Assembly (NCBI GenBank): GCA_951406725.2
Contig: OX597823.1
Location: 89,838,001-89,902,000, forward strand
Source of the DNA: Octopus vulgaris
Lineage: Eukaryota
DNA length: 64,000 nt
Reading direction: 5' to 3'
A program made the translations under genes and the position numbers. Shown here one piece after another: positions 1 to 11,914 of this stretch. The notes beneath the pieces are model-generated. The model had not been told where the DNA came from, did no database searches, and was given only the letters and a program-made list of their open reading frames with translations. Position 1 is the first letter of the stretch; each line of letters begins with the position of its first letter.

Positions 1-69
1 GCATTCATCTTTAATGCCTTTAGCATTAATAGCATGTTCATTAGCTACAACTTCATCTGCTTTCACAAT
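1..69 (-). CDS. DNAH7: Axonemal dynein heavy chain exon (stalk coiled coil), runs off the window
   Basis: ttttcag acceptor at 70-71; translates IVKADEVVANEHAINAKGIKDEC in phase with the preceding exon. Confidence 0.9.
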   Translation of the reverse strand, partial: MVKADEVVANEHAINAKGIKDEC

Positions 70-91
70 CTGAAAAATATTAATAAGAATC

Positions 92-777
92 ATTTTTATT
101 TTCTCTTTATCACAGGTTTTGTTGGAACTCCTGGAGTCTTGCACGCATAGTGAACTTATTACCTATTTCTTTACTACCCACAAGGGGCTAAACACAGAGG
201 GGACAAACAAGGACAGGCAAATGGATCAAGTCGATTACATCGACCCCAGTGCGTAACTGGTACTTAATTTATCGACCCCGAAAGGATGAAAGGCAAAGTC
301 GACCTCAGCGGAATTTGAACTCAAGAACGTGACGGCAGACGAAATACGGTTACACATTTCGCCCGGCGTGCTAACGCTTCTGCTAGCTCGCCGCCTTTAG
401 TGAGCTTATTACCTGCAGCCTACAGCACCATGCTATTCGTTCTTTTCAGCTATCTGATACTTCCCTGATTATTCTGGCCGTACCAAAGAGGCAAACCTTT
501 TCTAACAGTTCTACAGGGTACTCTATTCCATTTTCCATTATATTCCTCTTGATGTCTTCTGATACTGTTCCCAAGAACCCAACAATAATTGGCACTATCT
601 TCACCTTCTTCATTTTCCATACTCGGACTATTTCGTACTTAAGAGGGTTGTATCTATCGATCTTTGCACCTTCCTTCTTGACTATTCGTGGGTCACAGGG
701 GCATGCAATGTCAACTATATAACATATGTGGTGCACCTTGTCTACCACCAATAGATCTAGTCTGTTATGCTCTGTTG

Positions 778-780
<3 letters not shown>
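92..780 (-). mobile_element. 3' fragment of R4/Dong-type non-LTR retrotransposon (restriction-like endonuclease), interrupted by a SINE
   Basis: ORF 446-835 has RLDLLVVD..IVDIACP..D..K..KIDRY and PIIVGFLG RLE motifs; abuts a (TAA)n array; 3' boundary approximate. Confidence 0.75.
165..397 (-). mobile_element. tRNA-derived SINE family A (Deu/Nin-like core) with TSD
   Basis: B-box GAGTTCAAATTCC; core TTTGCCTTTCATCCTTTCGGGGTCGATAAA; 17-bp direct repeats TAGTGA(A/G)CTTATTACCT at 148-164 and 398-414. Further copies near 21300, 29800, 38150, 44155, 52100, 60250, 61070, 61950. Confidence 0.85.
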
Positions 781-817
<37 letters not shown>

Positions 818-827
818 CATTCTGTGG

Positions 828-1075
828 ACATGCATGGCTTAGTGGTTAGGGTGTCAGCATCATGATCGTAAGATTGTGGTTTCGATTCCTGGACCGAGCG
901 ACGCGTTGTGTTCTTGAGCAAAACACTTTATTTCACATTGCTCCAGTCCACTCAGCTAGCAAAAATGGGTAGCGCTGTGATGGACTGGCATCCCGTCCAG
1001 CTGGGGAACACATACACCATAGAAACCAGGAAACCGGGACCATGAGCCTGGCTAGGCTTTAAAATGGCGCATTTA
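828..1075 (+). mobile_element. tRNA-derived SINE family D
   Basis: A-box TGGCTTAGTGG, B-box GTTTCGATTCC; related copies at ~20890-21100 (+) and ~56600-56730 (-). Confidence 0.7.
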
Positions 1076-1429
1076 TTTTTTAATTATCATTCCAGCCTTG
1101 TGCCTATAGTAGAAAGGATCATTATAATTATTATTATTATTATTATTCACATCCTTCCAAGTTCAACTTTCTCATTCATCTTTTTCAAGTCAATAAGATA
1201 AAATACCAGTCAAGTACTTGCCAGGTTTGAAAAAATAAAAAAATAGGTACTTGGGTAAGAATGGAAGACAAAGTTGACATTACAACACTTTACTCTCCCA
1301 GCCTAAAACTTCTACACCACTACAAGTTTAATAAAATCTAAATATATTTGAGAAGTAAGATAATTTGCTAATTCCAAAGGGTCAAAGTTCATGAAAATTG
1401 AAAAATTTCACATCTTTTTTCTTTTATTC

Positions 1430-1807
1430 ATTTCAGTCATTAGTCTACGACCATGCTGGAGTACCATCTTGAATTTTAGTCAAACAAATCAACCCAAGTA
1501 CTTATTTTTTATTTTTTCAGACCTGGCACTTATTCTATCGTTCTCTTTTGTGTCAAGCCACCAGGTTACAGGGATGTAAACACACCAACACATGTCATCA
1601 AGTGGTGGAGGGGAACAAATTCAAATACACACACACACACACATACAATGGACCTCTATCAGTTTCTCTCTACCAAATCCACTCACAAGGCTTTGGTCAG
1701 GCTGAGTTTATAGTAAAAGACACTTGCCCAAGGTTCCATGCAGTGGGACTAAATCCAGAACTATGTGGCTGGGAAGCAGACTTCTTACCACACAGCCACA
1801 ACTGTGC
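1430..1807 (-). mobile_element. tRNA-derived SINE family B (internal TA/TG microsatellite)
   Basis: Reverse-complement match to the copies at 11297 and 28247. Confidence 0.8.
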
Positions 1808-2435
1808 CTATATAAACAATTCCAACAAAAGCAAAGACCTTTTTTTTATTTTTATATACCCCAGGTATTTCAGATTGTAACATTTGAAAATGATGAAATT
1901 TTAAAATTTTGACAAATTAAGAATTTATGAATTCCTAACAAAATTCTGATAAATGTTTTCACACATCAAACCAGCAATCTTCTATATAGTCATACAATCT
2001 GCAAGAAAAAATAGTCAAACTCCCTCAAATCACAACTTCTCATCTAAAAACAAAAAGGAAGAGCACATTTGATAGTATGCTGTCCTAGGTTCCCTACATC
2101 TGAAACTAAGATAAGAAGGTCATGGCTGGAATGCCTTTGATCGTAGTTTTGCTTGATCAAACTTAAACCTAGGGTTAAATAACTACAACTTGAAGATTAT
2201 TGACACTGACAATGTTGTGAGGGACAAAAAGAACCATTTATAATATTAAATTTTGTGACCTTATAAGGTCATAGAATTTAGATTAGTAAAAAAATAATTT
2301 TATTATCTTCAATATTTTTGTGGATGTGTGTGTGGCAAGTCTTTGTGTTTGTCCCCACAGGACCTGACAAAAAGTACTGGTTTGTTTACATCCTCATTGC
2401 TTCATAGTTCAGCAAAAAAAAAAGACCCATACAAT

Positions 2436-2857
2436 AAATACCTATTTCTTTACTACCTACAAGGGGCTAAACACAGAGGGGACAAGCAAGGACAGACAAA
2501 ACATATTAAGTCGATTACATCGACCCCAGTGCATAACTGGTACATAATATATCGATCCTGAAAGGATGAAAGGCAAAGTTGACCTCGGTGGAATTTGAAC
2601 TCAGAACGTAAAGACAGACGAAATACCTATTTCTTTACTACCCACAAGGAGCTAAACAGAAGAGACACAAAAGGACAGACAAATGTATTAAGTTGATTAC
2701 ATCGACCCCATTGCATAACTGCTACTTAATTTATCGACCCCGAAAGGATGAAAGGCAAAGTCGACCTCGGCAGAATTTGAACAAAGACGTAACGGCAGAC
2801 GATATACGGCTATGCATTTCGCCCAGTGTGCTAACGTTTCTGCCAGCTCGCCGCCTT
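2436..2857 (-). mobile_element. Tandem dimer of SINE family A
   Basis: Two head-to-tail units joined at GACGAAATACCTATTTCTTTACTACC. Confidence 0.8.
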
Positions 2858-3033
2858 CAAGATCAAAAAGAATGTGTATCAGGGTCAATTTATTTGACTA
2901 GACCCTTGAAAGAGGTGCCCCAGCATAACTTCAGTCCAGTGACTGAAACAAATAATAAAATAAAATAAAATATAAAATGAATATTTTTTCAAATGTCAGG
3001 AAGAAGGATTTGGTAAAATTAGCAGAAATATAC

Positions 3034-3223
3034 CTTTTCTTTCTTTGCCACTTCAATAGATTCCTTTTCTACAACAATCATGATTTCATCTACTTCCTTG
3101 CTAGCAATGACCAACAGGGGTTGGAGATCAGTTAACTCCTTCTGCATAATCGACACCTGAGATGCTGCTGAATCCAGCTTCTCTAACCCAACCACATATC
3201 TTTGTCTCTGTAAAGAAACTTCA
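3034..3223 (-). CDS. DNAH7: Dynein heavy chain exon (start of stalk)
   Basis: AG/GT boundaries; EVSLQRQRYVVGLEKLDSAASQVSIMQKELTDLQPLL...VAKKEK; phase 2 to 0. Confidence 0.93.
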
Positions 3224-3621
3224 CTGCAATGAGAATAATTGATTAAATTTTGTCATTAGAGTAGTCATTAGGGATCAGTGTCATACAATGTAGCTTTATG
3301 TTCCTGTAAATTGTGTCATCATCATCATCATTTAGCATACATTGTCCATGCTGGTATGGGCTGGATGGTTTGACCAGGGCTGGCAAGCTGAATGGCTGCA
3401 CCAGACTCCAGTCTGATTTGGCATGGTTTCCACAGCTGAATGCCCTTCATAATGCCAACCACTCTGAGAGAGTAATGGGTGCTTTTACGTGCCACTGGCA
3501 CAGGTGCCATTTGCATGACACCGGTATCCACCATGACTGTGATTTTACTTGGCTTCTCAAGCACAACATAATGCCAAAGATCTCAGTCATTGCCTTGAAA
3601 TTCCATAACACAAAGCCTATT

Positions 3622-5620
3622 TTAATAATAATAATAATAATAATTGTGTACAGTGCTCAGGTGCACTACAACTCATCTAAAGTGTATATATAATCAGGTG
3701 TAGTTTCGGCGGATTTCGGAAAGCATGAGGGCCTTAAAAGATGCAGTGTCATGGCAGTCAACAACTGACGCAGGCAGTTTATTCCATGCTTCAGCAACTC
3801 TGAGCGTGAAAAAATGTTTCCGAAAGTCATGGGAGCTGTATTGTTTTCTGACTTTGTAGGCATGTCCACGTGTGTTAGACACATGGAGATCAAAAAGGTG
3901 TTCAGTGTTGTTGTTGGTGAGGTGGTTGATAACTTTGTGGGTGTTTACCAAGTCCGTCGCCAAACGCCGGAGCTTCAGTGAATCCATGCCCAGGGAAACA
4001 AGGCGCTCAGAATATGGTAGGTGTCTGATGGAGGGTATGCGTTTGGTTGCACGTCTCTGGACAGATTCCAGGAGGTCAATGTTCTGTGCAAGATAGGGGT
4101 TCCAAACTGATGATGCGAATTCCAAGTGTGGTCGTACCATAGCTGTATACAGTTTTAAATAGATGGCTGGAGAGCGGCTAACAAAAGACCTGCTGAGTGA
4201 TGCCAAGACACCCTCGGCCTTCCTGACAATCTTAGAGATATGCTTTGACCAACGCAAATCACTGCTGACAGTGATGCCTAGGTCACGCTCACAAGAGGAT
4301 TTCTTGATATCAGTGTTGTGGAGGGAGTATGTGAACGCAGGGTTTTTTCTCCCAAAATGCATGGTGGTACACTTGTCCACAGCCAGTTTCAGTTGCCAGT
4401 CTGTGATCCATTGCTGCATTGTGTCTAGGTCTGATTGCAGGAAAGAGTTGTAGACATCAGGATCTGTCCTCTTGATTTCAAGGTACAGCTTGATGTCGTC
4501 TGCATATTTCAATACTGTGGCATTCTTTAAATTGGCATCTATGTCGTTAATGTATGCCACAAACAAGAGGGGACCAAGGACAGATCCCTGTGGTACACCC
4601 GATGACATCTCATATGGTGTAGAGTGCTGTCCTAGAACTGTGACTACCTCCTTTCGGCTGAGGATGAAGGATTTCAACCAGTTAAAAAGGTCATCCCCCA
4701 CACCCATTGCAGAGAGTTTCACCATAAGCCTTTTGTGTGGTACAGAGTTGAAAGCCTTAGCAAAGTCAAGGTAGACAACATCCACCCATGAGCCACTGTC
4801 AGTAATCTGAGTAATGTCCTCAAGGAACTCGACAAGCTGGTCACTGCAGCTGGAGTTAGGGACAAATCCATATTGTGAGGGTCGGATGAGACTGTGAGAG
4901 CTCCAGAAGTTCCAGAGTGTTTCTCTGACACACGATTCCATCAGTTTTGCAATACAGCTAGTGAGACTGACTGGGCGATAGTTGACAGGTGATGTGCGGT
5001 CGCCCTTTTTGAACAGAGGAATGACACTGGCAGTTTTCCACTGCTCCGGAGTAGCACCATTGTTGAGACAGTACTGGAAGAAAATAGAAAGCTGGTGTAA
5101 AAGGAAGTGCCTGCCACGTTTGAGAAGCAGGTATGTAACTCCATCGAGACCAGGGGAGGCATAGTTGCGCTTATTTTGAAGGTGACGTCGCAGCATTGCA
5201 GGTGTAAATTCCATAGTTGTTATGGAGTTTGCTGTTAGTGATGGTGAAGATGGTACATTTTGACTTTCAACAGTGAATATGTTTGCATAGCACTCGGCAA
5301 TGAGTTCTGCGCATTCCTTGGGGTCGTCAGTGATCTGGTTTGTGTGAGGGTTGCGAAGAGGGCCCACTGGAGAGTGAGGTCTCTGCTTTGAGTGCACATA
5401 TTTCCAGAAAACCTTGCTGTCAGGATTGGCTGCTATGCACTGTTCAAATTCAAGCACTGCTTTTTTTGTCACTTGCTTGAGATGGTTGGAGGATTTATTC
5501 CGCTTCTTCCTGTTGGTGTCTGATTTATGCAACCTGTATTCCCGTTCAGCAGTCTGACGTTCCCTCCTGGCAAGTCGGACCGCTGAAGTTTCCCAAATTG
5601 CCCTTTTGGGGCGGTTCTTC
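3622..5620 (-). mobile_element. 5'-truncated CR1-clade LINE
   Basis: RT ORF, short 3' UTR and (TTA)n tail at 3622-3643; no APE endonuclease domain present. Confidence 0.9.
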
Positions 5621-5742
5621 TTTTTTTGTTTTTGTTTTTGTTTTTGTTTTTTTTTCTTACTGACTGGCTGTTTTACATAATATAGGAATAACATCAGAGT
5701 TAATGGAAAAAATAGGATTTGTACTATGAGGTTCCGTGTCAT
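3694..5742 (-). CDS. Uninterrupted LINE reverse transcriptase ORF (682 aa; first ~42 aa come from flanking DNA)
   Basis: NYRPVSLTS, QYGF, YLDFAKAF, GVPQGSVLGPLLF and YADD motifs; CR1-type C-terminus RGH..K..RKHFFTLRVAEAWNKLP. Confidence 0.85.
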   Translation of the reverse strand: MTRNLIVQILFFPLTLMLFLYYVKQPVSKKKKQKQKQKQKKKNRPKRAIWETSAVRLARRERQTAEREYRLHKSDTNRKKRNKSSNHLKQVTKKAVLEFEQCIAANPDSKVFWKYVHSKQRPHSPVGPLRNPHTNQITDDPKECAELIAECYANIFTVESQNVPSSPSLTANSITTMEFTPAMLRRHLQNKRNYASPGLDGVTYLLLKRGRHFLLHQLSIFFQYCLNNGATPEQWKTASVIPLFKKGDRTSPVNYRPVSLTSCIAKLMESCVRETLWNFWSSHSLIRPSQYGFVPNSSCSDQLVEFLEDITQITDSGSWVDVVYLDFAKAFNSVPHKRLMVKLSAMGVGDDLFNWLKSFILSRKEVVTVLGQHSTPYEMSSGVPQGSVLGPLLFVAYINDIDANLKNATVLKYADDIKLYLEIKRTDPDVYNSFLQSDLDTMQQWITDWQLKLAVDKCTTMHFGRKNPAFTYSLHNTDIKKSSCERDLGITVSSDLRWSKHISKIVRKAEGVLASLSRSFVSRSPAIYLKLYTAMVRPHLEFASSVWNPYLAQNIDLLESVQRRATKRIPSIRHLPYSERLVSLGMDSLKLRRLATDLVNTHKVINHLTNNNTEHLFDLHVSNTRGHAYKVRKQYSSHDFRKHFFTLRVAEAWNKLPASVVDCHDTASFKALMLSEIRRNYT

Positions 5743-6450
5743 GACAAGATTTTCAGGAATACAATGCTTCTATAAAATTCAAAATATGTCTATATTATCA
5801 ATAGTGTATCATAGACAAAATTGAACATTTTTTAAAATCCATTTATAATAATGATTTCTTTTATGCATGTACATGTGTGGTGACACAATATTCACAGGCA
5901 ATAATTTATACACAACACAATGGAATGTGTACAAACTGAACACAACTTACATAAGTATCAAACACACATGATATATATATATATATACCGTTGGCTTCTT
6001 TTAGTTTCCAAATCCACTTTTGTTGCCTTGGGGTTATGATAGAAGACATTTGCCCAAGGTGCCATGTCATGTAAGAGAACCTGAAATCATGGTTGAGAAA
6101 CTTCTAAACCACACAGTCATGCTTGTGTCTACGTGTGAATGTGTGTGTGTGTGTGCGTGGTATATTCTTGTCCTCTGTGAATGTTCACATTCTGCATCTC
6201 CACATTAGTAAAATGGTTTTAGTAAAACAGTGGCACTATGTTGAAATCCTTCACAAACAGATCACCCTCTATCACATCATTTTCAAAGACAAACAGTTTA
6301 AAATATCCCTTATTTGAAGAATTGATAAGTGTTAGCAACAGGAAAGGCATCCAGTTATCAAAAAATGCCTGAATATTAAGTTGTATCCCCCCAATACAAA
6401 CAAGTAAAAAAAACAGAAGAAAATCAAATGAACTAATCTATCAAACTTAC

Positions 6451-6680
6451 GTCTGTTTTTTGTCCAAAAGTAGTTTAAATGTACTGAGAAGTTCCAAATA
6501 CGATGTTGGGGTAACATAATTGTGTCTCTCAAGTTCTGAAAAAAATCTGGCGGACAGATCAGATGTGGTTGTATGGAACAACTGACACATTTCAGTGCAC
6601 CCATATTTATCATGGTCACCCATTTTTACATCTCCAAGGAAACGTCTTGCAACAGCCTCTAGGGCATCTTTTGGCCAAGA
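6451..6680 (-). CDS. DNAH7: Dynein heavy chain exon (AAA4 lid)
   Basis: AG/GT; SWPKDALEAVARRFL...HNYVTPTSYLELLSTFKLLLDKKQ. Confidence 0.93.
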
Positions 6681-7449
6681 CTGTTGTTAAGCAAAGATAA
6701 AAAGAAAAAACAAAATGAATAAAAGAATAGAGTTTCTTTTAGATCAAAGAAAAATGTTATTTCATTATGAATGATTTTTGTATGGTTGTATAATTAAGAA
6801 GCTCTATTTACAGCCACATGATGCAGGATTTAGTCCCAGTGCATTGTATCTTCATACTGATAGTTTTTGGGGGTGTTTTTCTTGACCCATAAGGACCAAT
6901 ACTGGAGCATTATTAAGAAAAAACTTTGACATTAAACATTTGCTCATTAAAATGCAAACAAGTTCAAAGCAAGCTTCAATGACTGTTGTGAAAAGGCATT
7001 GTACTGTTGCTGACAATACCAACCTCATACTGCTACTAACACTGCCAAAATCTTCAAAGAAGCCCAGATCACTGGATGTTAGACTAAAGGCAGATTGATC
7101 ATGGTTAACAACTTAACTCTTAAAATCCCATAGTACTTTCTCTATAGAAATATTTGGTGTTGTATAAACTCTTAAAGTCCTGAAATACTTGCTTTTTTTA
7201 TAGAAACGATATTTGGCAACATATTAACTTGTAAACTCCTGTCTTACTTTCCCTACAGAAATCTCTCAGTCCTGTAAGAAACTGAAGATTTTGAAGAAAT
7301 GCAGTTAGTCCAGTATAAAAATCATAAAAATACAACTACTGCATGAATTTGGATGAAATCCACAAATACTATATAATTCACATTGCAAATGTTGTTATGC
7401 CCTTTCACCAACCAAGGTGAGTTGAATGTAGTGAAGTTGACTACATGTA

Positions 7450-7850
7450 AATGTTTTCACATAAATTTACAAGATATTGATTCCTGGGCACTGATTTTCT
7501 AATTAGATCATTGATAAATAAATAATAATATTTCGTTTTGGGATTTGGTTTGCAAGATTCTTTATATGAGTTCGTGTGTTGAAGCATATTCTGTTGTGTC
7601 TGGGGAGAGTCATTTTCTTTTTGTGCCTTATTATTTAACACACTGACCGGTAAAATTTCCACTTATTTCTTATTTTCATTTTCCTAAAACTTTCGTTGTG
7701 TCTTGCAACCTTTTCAATAGTTTTGACTCTGTCCGTTATTTACACTGCGTTCCCTTTTGTTTGTTTGTGCGCATGTGTGTGGGTCAGTGTGTGTGTGTGT
7801 ACCTATACATGCATAATAATAAATAAACCTTTAATAAATGATGTCAGAAT
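7450..7850. mobile_element. Interspersed repeat shared with 22900-23200, probably Penelope-like terminal sequence
   Basis: Near-identical block GGTTTGCAAGATTCTTTATATGAGTTCGTGTGTTGAAGCATATTC..GTCTGGGGAGAGTCA in inverted orientation at 23110-23200. Confidence 0.6.
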
Positions 7851-8811
7851 TCTAATCACCAGTAAGCTTGAAAATTAAGGAAAAAGAAAAACACCCAGAA
7901 ATATTTACTTCATAAAACACAAAAGAATAAACACACATGAATTTTGATGAATTTTGACAAGATTTTTTTTCTAAAATGAGATCAAGCTTTTGTTTCTTGC
8001 ACAGAAGAATACATAGTTCCAGTTTTTGACCCCTAAAACAATAACATTTGTTGCCACTGGCACTGATGAGGTTGCCAAATAATTGCAAGACAGAGAAAAA
8101 AATCCTGTTGGCTGAGTGGGGTTGTAGTAGAGAGAGAAGTGGCTTTATGCTAGGTGTTGGGGTGGCTAAAGTAAGACAGAGGTACAGGGACAGCTGTTTT
8201 GCTGGAGAAGAGATATATGGCTACCCAGCATCATATAAAGATAGAGGCGAGTAGCTAGAAATAAGATGATGATATGGTGACAAGGTGTCCAAGCAATTTC
8301 TCAAGATACATGAAGGTGAATGTAAGACAGAATGCAAACAAAGAACTTTTAAGTGGTTCAGCATTTGGTGACAGTTGTGGAAATCTGCAGTTATGGAATT
8401 TTAAGACTTAATGGATGTGTCAAGTTCACATCTGCTGCCTTTAAACAACCCTAACAATATGTTAGTAAACATTCATAATTATAAATCCATCAACAAACGT
8501 TCCAGGGAGTTGTTTGTTCCCTAGTTTGCAATATGACAGACACAGACAGTGTGTCATTAACTAGCTGGAGGAGGTGTCCCCCTGGGGTTAAAAAGAGTAG
8601 TAACAGTGTTCTGTATGGAACAACCACACTGAGGTGGTAACAACCATTACTTTTTATAGTAATGTCTTGGAGAAAATATTCAGTGATGCCTGCTGCATGT
8701 AAAATTAATAACATAATTAGCACTAGCATAAGAAATTATAAGTGATGAGAATTACCTGGTTTATTAGATCAAATGAGCAAGTGTGTGAAAATAGAAGAGC
8801 AGTAATTTTAC

Positions 8812-8992
8812 CTGGAACCAATCAATTGTGCAACAATTGACTAATGAAGGGAATTTTCGTAGTCTATTACGGAAAGAATCCCCAATGGGACTCATTGCCA
8901 AAACAATATGAAGTTGATCTCGTACACGCTGAATGAAGAAGTTAAACAACGCAACAGGTGAGCCATCTGTTTGTTTCATTTTGTCTCGTTGC
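8812..8992 (-). CDS. DNAH7: Dynein heavy chain exon (AAA4)
   Basis: AG/GT; QRDKMKQTDGSPVALFNFFIQRVRDQLHIVLAMSPIGDSFRNRLRKFPSLVNCCTIDWFQ. Confidence 0.95.
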
Positions 8993-9068
8993 CTGCAAGA
9001 AAAAAGAGGAAGAAATGTTTTCAAACTGGGAATATATTTACCTTAAAAATAAGTTTATAAATTTATAG

Positions 9069-9211
9069 GTGAAGGCATGGCAGTTGGCATGAAGCTTGCT
9101 TCCCAACCACATGGTTCTGGGTTCAGTCCCACTGTGTGGCACATTGGGCCAACCAAAGCCTTGTGAGTGGATTTGGTAGACAGAAACTGAAAGGAGCCTG
9201 TTGTGTGTATA

Positions 9212-9298
<87 letters not shown>

Positions 9299-9520
9299 TG
9301 TGTCTTTGTGTGTGTATTTGTTCCCCACCAAAGTTTGATTTGCCAGTGTTGGTGTGTTTATATCCCTATGACTTAATGATTTGGCAAAAGAGACTGATAG
9401 AATAAGTACCAGGCTTAAAAACAAAGTACTAGGGTTGATTCATTCGATTGAAAATTCTTCATGGTGGTGCCCCAGTATGGCCACAGTCTAATGACTGGAA
9501 CAAGTAAAAGATAAAGAATA
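9069..9520 (+). mobile_element. SINE family B
   Basis: B-box GGTTCAGTCCC, internal (TA)n(TG)n, 3' end ATGACTG(G/A)AACAAGTAAAAG. Confidence 0.8.
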
Positions 9521-9661
9521 AAGATGTAAGGATGAGGTATTGTGATAATTTACATTACAGACTATCTCAATACCATTTTTTATTTATGAGTTGTTGTTTA
9601 GCTCAAAGTAAATCTTCATCTCATCTCTAATCATGACAATTCCAATTTATATTTTCAGACT

Positions 9662-9816
<155 letters not shown>

Positions 9817-10756
9817 TGTATCATTTGTACATGTGTACATGTACACTGTTCTTTAGTGCAGAAATGGGAACAACTATGTTGCCAAAATTAATTTCTGATC
9901 ATGAGGGCAGCATCAGAACATTTTGCTTTTGGAGTTTAGGAAAGTACCTAATCCTTGTGAACTTTTTTGAATAATTTTCCTTTCTGCCAGGCAAAGTTTA
10001 CAACACCTACTTCCATTCAGGTATGGTCTATATTGTTCTAGCAACTTTCAGTTCATTTAGTATGGCTTCCTCTTTTAATCACTGTATGTAACTAGCTAAT
10101 GTTGTAACATTGCACTTCTCAGGTTTTCCTCTAAAGGATCTGGGATATATATCCACCCTTGTTCTATTCATTACATTCACCTCTAAACCCATCTCTAATG
10201 ATCTGTCACTCTAATGACCCTGTCTACCAGCCCTTCCCAATTCTCTGTTTGTATTCTGTCTTATATTCATCTTCATGAATCTTGAGAAAATGCTCTGACA
10301 CCATCTTATTTCTAGCTACTACCACCTATCCTTATATGATGCAGGGTAGCCATGTATCTCCTTTCTAATAAAACAGCTGCACCTGTCCCTCTGTCTTACT
10401 ATAGCCACTCCAACACCTGGCATAAAGCCACTTCTCTCTCTATTACAACTCCATTCAGTCAACGGAATTTTTCTGTTGTTTTGCAATTACTTAGCAACCT
10501 CATCAGTGCCAATGCCAACAGAAAAGCACTTAGTACACTGTATAAAGCTGTTGGTATTAGGAAGGACAACCAGCTGTAGAAACCATGCCAAAACAGACAT
10601 TGGAGCATGACACAGCTCTTCAGCCTGTTAGATCCTGTAATATGTCATTATTCAGTTTTATTTCAAGATTGCTTGCTAAAGAGAAAGAACTGGCTTCTAA
10701 CCCAGATCCAAGTTTCCTTCATTGGAATTTTAACATCAACAACAGGGTATTTTTGT

Positions 10757-10930
10757 TTGTATGTATGTATGTATGTATGTATGTATGTGTGTATGTGTGT
10801 GTATGTATGTATGTATGTATGTATGCATGTATGTATGTATGTATGTATGTATGTATGTATGTATGTATGTATGTATGTATGTATGTATGTGTATGTATGT
10901 ATGCATGCATGCATGAATGTATGTATGTAC
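10757..10930. repeat. (TATG)n microsatellite
   Basis: Tetranucleotide run with TG variants. Confidence 0.97.
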
Positions 10931-11296
10931 TTGTACACATAGAATATTGTTTGCTTGTTGGAAGGGAAGCAAAAAAGTATTTAATCCGGCAAAAGTTAAG
11001 TATCATTTAATGAATACATAATAATTACTTCAAATTTCATGCTTGGATAGTGCAGTAATCAGACAGGCTTCAATAGCATGCCATGCATGACCTAGCAATT
11101 ATTCAGACTCAAATAAAAAGGCTTCTCTGCAAGAAAGATGCAAGCAAAAACATGCCATGTCATCTGAGCATGAAAAATTGCTGGGTCAGGCATGGTGTGC
11201 CACACAAACCTGTCCAGTTACTACATCATACGAGTATGAAACTTGCAGTGGCTCACATATAAATAATGTAGTCTTTAGATTACACACACACACATA

Positions 11297-11453
11297 TATG
11301 TGGCTGTGTGGTAAGTAGCTTGCTTACGCACCACATGGTTTCGGGTTCAGTCCCACTGCGTGGCACCTTGGGCAAGTGTCTTCTACTATAGCCTCGTGCC
11401 GACCAAAACCTTGTGAGTGGATTTGGCAGACAGAAACTGAAAGAAGCCCATAG

Positions 11454-11528
<75 letters not shown>

Positions 11529-11712
11529 TTGTGTTTGTCATCCCAACATTGCTTGACAACCGATGCTGGTGTATTTACGTCCCCATAACTTAGTGGTTCA
11601 GCAAAAGAGACCAATAGAATAAGTACTAGGCTTACAAAGTCCTGGGGTTGATTTGCTCAACTAAAGGCAGTGCTCCAGTATGACCACAGTCACATGACTG
11701 AAACAAGTAAAA
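11297..11712 (+). mobile_element. SINE family B, near full length
   Basis: A-box TGGCTGTGTGG, B-box GGTTCAGTCCC, CCTTGGGCAAGTGTCTT core-like motif. Confidence 0.85.
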
Positions 11713-11795
11713 GAATATATGTATATATACACATACATGTAACACACACACACAAATATATGCATATACAAAACAAAAATATTCAACACACTCAC

Positions 11796-11914
11796 CTATC
11801 CAACTGACGCATCTTCTCACACACTTCCTGCTTTTCATCTGGAGGGAAAAGGTTTGGTACTTCTCCAGCATTTAGCAAATTATTGATGTCTTCCAAAAAG
11901 GATTCTTTCTTGAT
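11796..11914 (-). CDS. DNAH7: Dynein heavy chain exon (AAA4)
   Basis: AAG acceptor, GTGAG donor; IKKESFLEDINNLLNAGEVPNLFPPDEKQEVCEKMRQLD. Confidence 0.92.

Noticed and set aside
828-900. tRNA gene-like A/B boxes here and at other SINE heads
   Set aside because: No full cloverleaf; each continues into a multi-copy SINE body
6332-6619. Apparent frameshift in the dynein exon suggested by the ORF track
   Set aside because: Manual translation from the 6680 acceptor is open and conserved; the listed ORF is another frame
7100-7270. Degenerate ~55-bp tandem units (also ~34430-34650)
   Set aside because: Too diverged to define by eye; no functional signal
8060-8100. CTGATGA motif (also ~10500 on the minus strand) as a hammerhead
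   Set aside because: No matching GAAA, stem III or stem I; part of an ordinary interspersed repeat
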